Source: Schizochytrium sp. TIO01 (lineage: Eukaryota; Protista; Bigyra: Labyrinthulomycetes). Taken from it: a stretch of 64,000 bases of DNA. Shown in pieces: positions 58,340 to 64,000 of this stretch. The position numbers and the translations under genes are program-made. Position 1 is the first letter of the stretch; the number at the start of each line of letters is the position of its first letter. The notes under the pieces are model-generated. The model was not told the origin of the DNA. It searched no databases and saw only the letters and a list, made by a program, of their open reading frames with translations. The DNA lies in contig SMSO01000037.1 of NCBI GenBank assembly GCA_004764695.1, positions 162,747-226,746 on the forward strand, read 5' to 3'.

Positions 58340-60980
58340 TGTGCGTGCGTGGGTGGGTGAGTGAGTGAGTGAGTTTGTTTGTTTGTGTGTGTGTGATTGA
58401 GTGTGAGTGTGTCCCTGTTCGACGCCTCCGCTTCGATTCCAGCGACACGGAGGTCGCCAAGCATCCCGAACAGTTAGTTGCCTCGGTCCACTGGAGCATC
58501 CAGCTAGCGAGCTAGCTACCGTTATCTATAGAGCGGGGCGGCGGTGTGCTAGCAGGCAGGTAGGACCTGGCTAGCTATCTAGCGAGCTAGCTAGTCTGCC
58601 TATAGGGTAGCTAGGGAGGGGGTCGCATTTGATTTGATTTAGTTTGTTTGTTTGTTTGTTTGTTTGTTTGTCTGTTTTTCGGTCTGTGAGCGGGAAAGGC
58701 CACAATTTTGCGGTAATTGCGTGATATGGCGTCTTGGAGCTCGTTTTTCTAACAACTTGAAGAGAAGGAAGCTTTGCTTTCTGCAGCTAATGTTGCTCGA
58801 AAGGCGAAACCAAAGGAAAACAGCCAAGGAAGAACGTACACGCCCACCAGTAAATAAATAAATGAATAAATGAATAGATAAATGAATGAATAAAATAAAA
58901 TAAATAGAATCAATAAACAATTAATGAATTCATCAATATATAGCTAGCTCCATAGCGGAGTCTCCGCTCCTCGAGCAAGCTTCTGATGCGCTGGTGGGCC
59001 AATCCGTTTCCAAGAACAAGAAGTTGTTTGAGTTTATTTATTGCGATTCAACTTAAGTTCGTCCTTCACAGAGCGGGGCGCCGAAGCAACAGACGGTCGG
59101 CAGTGAGCCACCGGTCAGTGGGCCGATGAATGAATGAAAATGAATGAATGAATGAATGAACGAATGAATGAATGAATGAATAGATGGACGAACCGCAAAG
59201 TTAAATGAATGACTGACTGAGGTTTCTTTTCTGCCGCCATCCGTTGTTCTGGCAGATTGGCAGGGCCTCGTGTCTCGTGTGGGAAAGTGCTGGTGCGGGG
59301 CCTCGCTGTGGGGCCGAGCTGCGGGGCGTCCCTGCTGCTGAGGAATAACCAGCTCGGAGGGGAAGCAGACCTCTGGCCAACCCTCGCGGTTTGGTAGACC
59401 ATGGTAACTAACTAGCAAATAAGCAGTTATGACAAATAAAAATAACCAGACAAAGAAGTTAACAGAAACTTCAAGTTTTTAGTTTTCTGGCTGGCAGTTT
59501 CTACCTAACAACTTCGGGCAGCCAGACAAGTTTCAGAGATACACAGTAAAGAAAGAAAGAAAGAAGGAAAACAAAGTAAACGAGGGAGCAAAGAAAACCA
59601 CCGGGTTTGTAAACCAAGCTGTTTATAGTTCAATCGCTGATGGTTCAAAGACGTGGTAGGTAGCCCTGAAGTTAGACGTAAGACGTGACACTGAGGTAGC
59701 CGGCACTGCCTACGAGGTGGACAGAATGACTTTGAGTGAGCAAGTCAGTTCACGTTTGGGGCTTGTAAGTAGCCTTTTTGCTGCTGGATTATCGATTGCG
59801 AGGCATCATCTCAGTAAGTGAGCAACTAAATAACTCTTAAAGAAACTGTTTTTAATTTGAAATTATAACAATTCTTTTTGAAGAGAAGTAAAGTAAGCGA
59901 GGGAAAAGGAACTTTGATTTATTGATCAAGACTATCTGCACGAATGTATATCCGACAAGGTCAGCAGAAAGCCCAAAGAGGCTAAAACTTATCTTTTAAT
60001 TAATTAATTTTATTATAATTAATCAATTAATTAATTGTTTGTTTGTTTGTTTGTTTGTTTGTTTGTTTGTTTGTTTGCTGACTGACTGACTGAAGGACAA
60101 ACTGGTGACTGCCATCGACACCGCGAATCCACGGTTTTCTGTAGCCTTTGCTTCCATCTCTCCAACCTCGCTTGACCATATTTGCTCAGTTTCTCGAGAC
60201 TTGGACTCGAACAGCATTCTTTACTAGTATAACTATCATTTTACTTGATTAAAAACAGCAAAATAAACAAAAACCAACAAAATAAACAAACAACAACAAC
60301 AACAACAACAACAAAAGACTCGGAGAAATAAACAAATAAAATCAACTATACACTAACCCATTTGCTTGAAGAAAGAACAAGGTGTGGCGATCAAAACAAA
60401 CAGTCAAAGGCGCCCGTTAACCTTCTTCGCTGGCCGGCTCAAGATCTGAAAAATTCGAAAGCTGTTTGCTTCTCTCAAGTGTCAATTTCGAGTTTCAAGT
60501 TGCTCCGACTTGGAGCTAGAACGTCTTCCCAGGCGACCAAGCAATCGAGCGGGCTTTGATTCCTCTCTTCTCTTCTCTTCGAAACTAAGTTCTCTTCTCT
60601 TCTCTTCTCTTCTCTTCGAAACTAAGTTCTTGTCTTCACCTCAAGGTTAATTCATCAGAGGGCTCTTCGCTGCTTCTTCTTCTTCTTCTTCTTCTTAGCA
60701 AACCCAACCAACAACTTTTTAAATTGACATTCTCTTAGGGGAAGGAAGAAAGGGATCGGTGCCAGGTCCGCCCCGACAAGGTCCGCTAAAGCTGCCGCCT
60801 CCGACCCATTCGCGAAGCGCCCCATAGCAGGCTTCTTCCGCTTCCTAGCTGTGTAGTCGAGGGAAGTCAAACAGCGGTACTGTAGCAACAGCTCAGCTTG
60901 GCGAATCAGATTCCAAGGACGCCGCGAGGATCCCTTTTCAAGGCCGCTGTTGCTGTTGCTGTTGCTGTTGCTGATGCTGT
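58340..60980. repeat. Cluster of short microsatellites: (GTGA)/(GTTT)/(GT) 58340-58410, (GTTT) 58642-58670, (AAAT/GAAT) 58851-58912, (TGAA) 59126-59180, (GTTT) 60037-60077, (AAC) 60287-60313, (TCTCT) 60562-60617, (TTC) 60674-60696, (CTGTTG) 60947-60980
   Basis: Directly visible; boundaries approximate. Confidence 0.9.
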
Positions 60981-63900
60981 TTTATTTCTCGTTTTTGAAT
61001 GTTAAATGCTAATTAGGTAGGCAATTCATTAAAATAAGAATGGGTCATAGATTCAAGTTAGATGAAAGAAAGAAAGACAAACTTGAGAAGAATGACAGGA
61101 TGGCTATATATCAAGCATGCGCGTTGTTCAAGCTCATTCGCTCCTTGAAGAAAAGGAGGAGGGATAACTGCTCACGTTGTGGTGAAAAGTAAACGTAAGT
61201 GATGGAAAGAAACGCAGCATATCACACACGTGTGCCCTCCAGGTCAACTTGAAGTTTATATGCGGAAACTCTATTGCTTCGCTTGGCACTCGTGTAAGAG
61301 TGATGCACACATTCGGGAATCACCTCCCCAAGTTAACTAAATGTTCCTTTTGTAAAACTGCTTCTATGAACCAATACAACGAAATCAAAGGAAGAACCTT
61401 GGACAAGCTATTGCACAAGGGCAGCATTTCATGTCTTACATCGCGCAACAACAGTAATCTGCCCTCTGCTCTGACCAACACGTTAGTTTTCACACAACTT
61501 CTCAGGTACGCACTATAGCTCCTCTGCATCTTAATTTCCTGAATAAATCCATGCACTGTTCACCTCTACAGAAATGAATAATCGGCTGTTGCTCTTTTGA
61601 TTTCCACGCAGGCATTTGTCAATGCTGCCTCCCAAGAACAGAAGAGAATCAAGCCAACGAAAGCTCTGTTCACGATCCTGGGAATGAGTTACGCTTCAAC
61701 ACGAAAAGGACGTACGTGGGCAGAGCTGGTCAGCTGAATTCGCTGGCATGTTGTTACAGAAGAACGCGCTGTAATCCTCTTCATTCCCCTCGAAATCATT
61801 TCGCTACGAGGTCTCCGCATTACCATATACTCGAACAGCTCTGCCATGACCTTGAATGAATGCATCTTTATTGTTGCGCAGAAATCGCACTTGCGCCGAG
61901 AGTCCCTCTGATCTGCTGCGATGAACGATACGGCCCCTGACCTGGCCAGAGTTCTTTGAGTTCATCTGAGAACAAACTGGCACTCCTCGACCATGTGTTA
62001 TTGGCATTCGGGCGGCTCGTGACATGACATGGAACTATGGTGCGTTGAAGCCTTCAGCGAAGCGGCTCCAGGGCTGCTTTAGCTACGCATTCACTTCATT
62101 CAGCCATGGAGCAGTGCCGAGGAAGGCAACGCAAAAAGTACTTTTTAATCAAGCAAGAGAGTAAGTCTGACAGCAGAGAGCTTAGGCGGGTAGGTATGTA
62201 ACAGCAACCAACACGAAACGGGAAAGAAAATGTTTACTTCCACGAGAAACTAAGAGCGGTGGGACTCAACTTGAAATTGCCGACTTGAGGTGAGGAGCGC
62301 AAAAGAGTGCGCGTCCACTCAAGGGGGCCGAAGCATGTCGCATGCCCAATAATGGCCGCAATGACTGGTTTCTTTCTTCCTTCCTCTCGACTCTGCTGTA
62401 CTTGAAATTGAAAACTTCAAGTAAACCCCAGCTCAACTCAATCAATCCGATCAGTTCAATCAATCCAAATATTAATTAATTCAACTAATACATCTACAGT
62501 AGCGCCTCACGTGAGTCCTGCGAAAGAAGGGTACTTTTCATGATTCTGTTCACACATCAACGAGTGTATCTAAGTAAGGCTGGACAGATAGTAGAAGGAG
62601 ATGCAATCTTTTCACTCAGCCTTCATTGCTACCTGAGTAGGTGTTTGTTTGTTTGTAGAGAAGCGCCGGGAGAAGCAGAAAATAGGGCCTGGATTAATTA
62701 TGTATCGAGCAGGATCTTTAGCATCAAGGGCAGTCTGGGTAACCAGCCAAAAACGTTTGATGAGGCTTGTGCTACTGCGCCGAGAAGAAGGTTTGCGTAT
62801 CTTTGGCGTACTTTTTTTACTTTTTTTCGTTTTTTTGTTTTTGCCTCCCTGGCAGAGAATGCTTTGAAACGCGGTTCAAAGGCAGACAGTTATGACTGTG
62901 GTGGGGAGCAATCGGGAATGTGCTTTTCCCTATGCGGACCTCTTTTGTGTTCCTGATAAGAGCGACCATGTATACCCACAGCGAGCTAGGCAATAGGTCA
63001 AGTGCGGGAACCACACCCCTGACCATCCTCTCCACAGCTGTGCGAAATCAAAAGTATCTGTGATACTTATACTATGTAGGAGTAGGTAGTAGTGCTTCCT
63101 GCTACTTGACGTTATCGAAAGATCGTGTTGACTATTTAGAAATAATTTGCTCCTCTTCTCTCTCTCTTGACATAAAACCAACACGAAAAAAGGAGTGGTA
63201 ATTTTATTATGTTTATTCGATATTTTTATGTTAAAGAAAACCTGCATCTTTAAAAAAAAGTCCAAAGCAACAACTAAGAAAACAATTACTTACACTTGCA
63301 AATCGTAAGGTGGAATAGGAATAAGAGAAGCAAGCCATTTCGGAGCGGCGACGATGGATTCCTCCGCTTCCGTTGAACGACAGAAGCTTGGCTTTTCCCA
63401 GGCTCTGGCGGCGTCCTCGGCGGCTTGCTTAGCATTTCCGGTCTTCGGGTTATCCGCGTTTGCTTCCAGGCTTCAAGTATGCTGACTTCAATTAACCATA
63501 CTTACATCGAAAAAAGAAACCTGTGGATTCTTTCAGAAGTCAAGAAGGTCAGGTACTTGCGTAGGTGTTGGAACACAGGTGCTGTTAGTGAGAATTTAAC
63601 TAACGAGTCAACCGCACAGCGAAAGGCCGTCTTTGAAATCTCTATACCCATCCCTTGTCTCTTCGAAGCTTTTGCTTGTTTGGGCTCTCTCAGTAGAATG
63701 AAGGAGGCACTCGCTCGAATGGTGAACTTGAGCAGCTCAGCAGAGGCCGTGGAAATAGGCCGTCTACGAGGCGGTGTGTCCGTCTTTTGTGCAAAGCGCT
63801 AGCCGCAAACCATCCATATATGTATGTATTCTGACGCGAGCCTTTAATTTTGGACATGGAATATCGCAGAAATCCGAATTTCAGGCCGAAGTAATAGTAT

Positions 63901-64000
63901 CGGCGAGGTGAAATGAAGCCGTGAAAATGCAGGTGAGACAGCTCGTTTCCTGCCTGCTTTGTCGCGTTCTCAGCGAAGAGCGAATTTGAATTTGTAAAGG

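Noticed and set aside
61240-62100. Short ORFs on both strands with protein-like patches
   Set aside because: Fragmentary, no motif recognised, and compatible with chance.

Overview
Eukaryotic nuclear DNA, not prokaryotic. Genes are intron-poor with GT-AG introns, encode flagellar, dynactin and Golgi proteins, and are separated by spacers rich in tetranucleotide microsatellites. This style is consistent with a zoosporic stramenopile such as a thraustochytrid (inference only). About 1-50 kb is gene-dense: dynactin p62 (DCTN4), a DUF1765 protein, CFAP57, two frame-broken hypothetical genes, a small repeat protein, a Zn-knuckle/Bro-N/START protein, a ubiquitin-like protein, a very large EF-hand/ATAD5(Elg1)/IPT protein, golgin CASP, a COPI-associated membrane protein, a Myb/SANT+TAZ-like factor, a NEK kinase and a PH-ankyrin protein. 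About 50.2-64 kb has no convincing gene and is dense in microsatellites. The most interesting observations are: (1) a virus/phage-type Bro-N DNA-binding domain fused to a lipid-binding START domain; (2) an ATAD5/Elg1 PCNA unloader with N-terminal EF-hands and a split IPT/TIG domain; (3) repeated +1 frame breaks at 11.9-20.3 kb, which could be assembly indels, pseudogenisation, recoding or 19-28 nt introns. All domain calls are motif recognition by eye and were not checked by database search.
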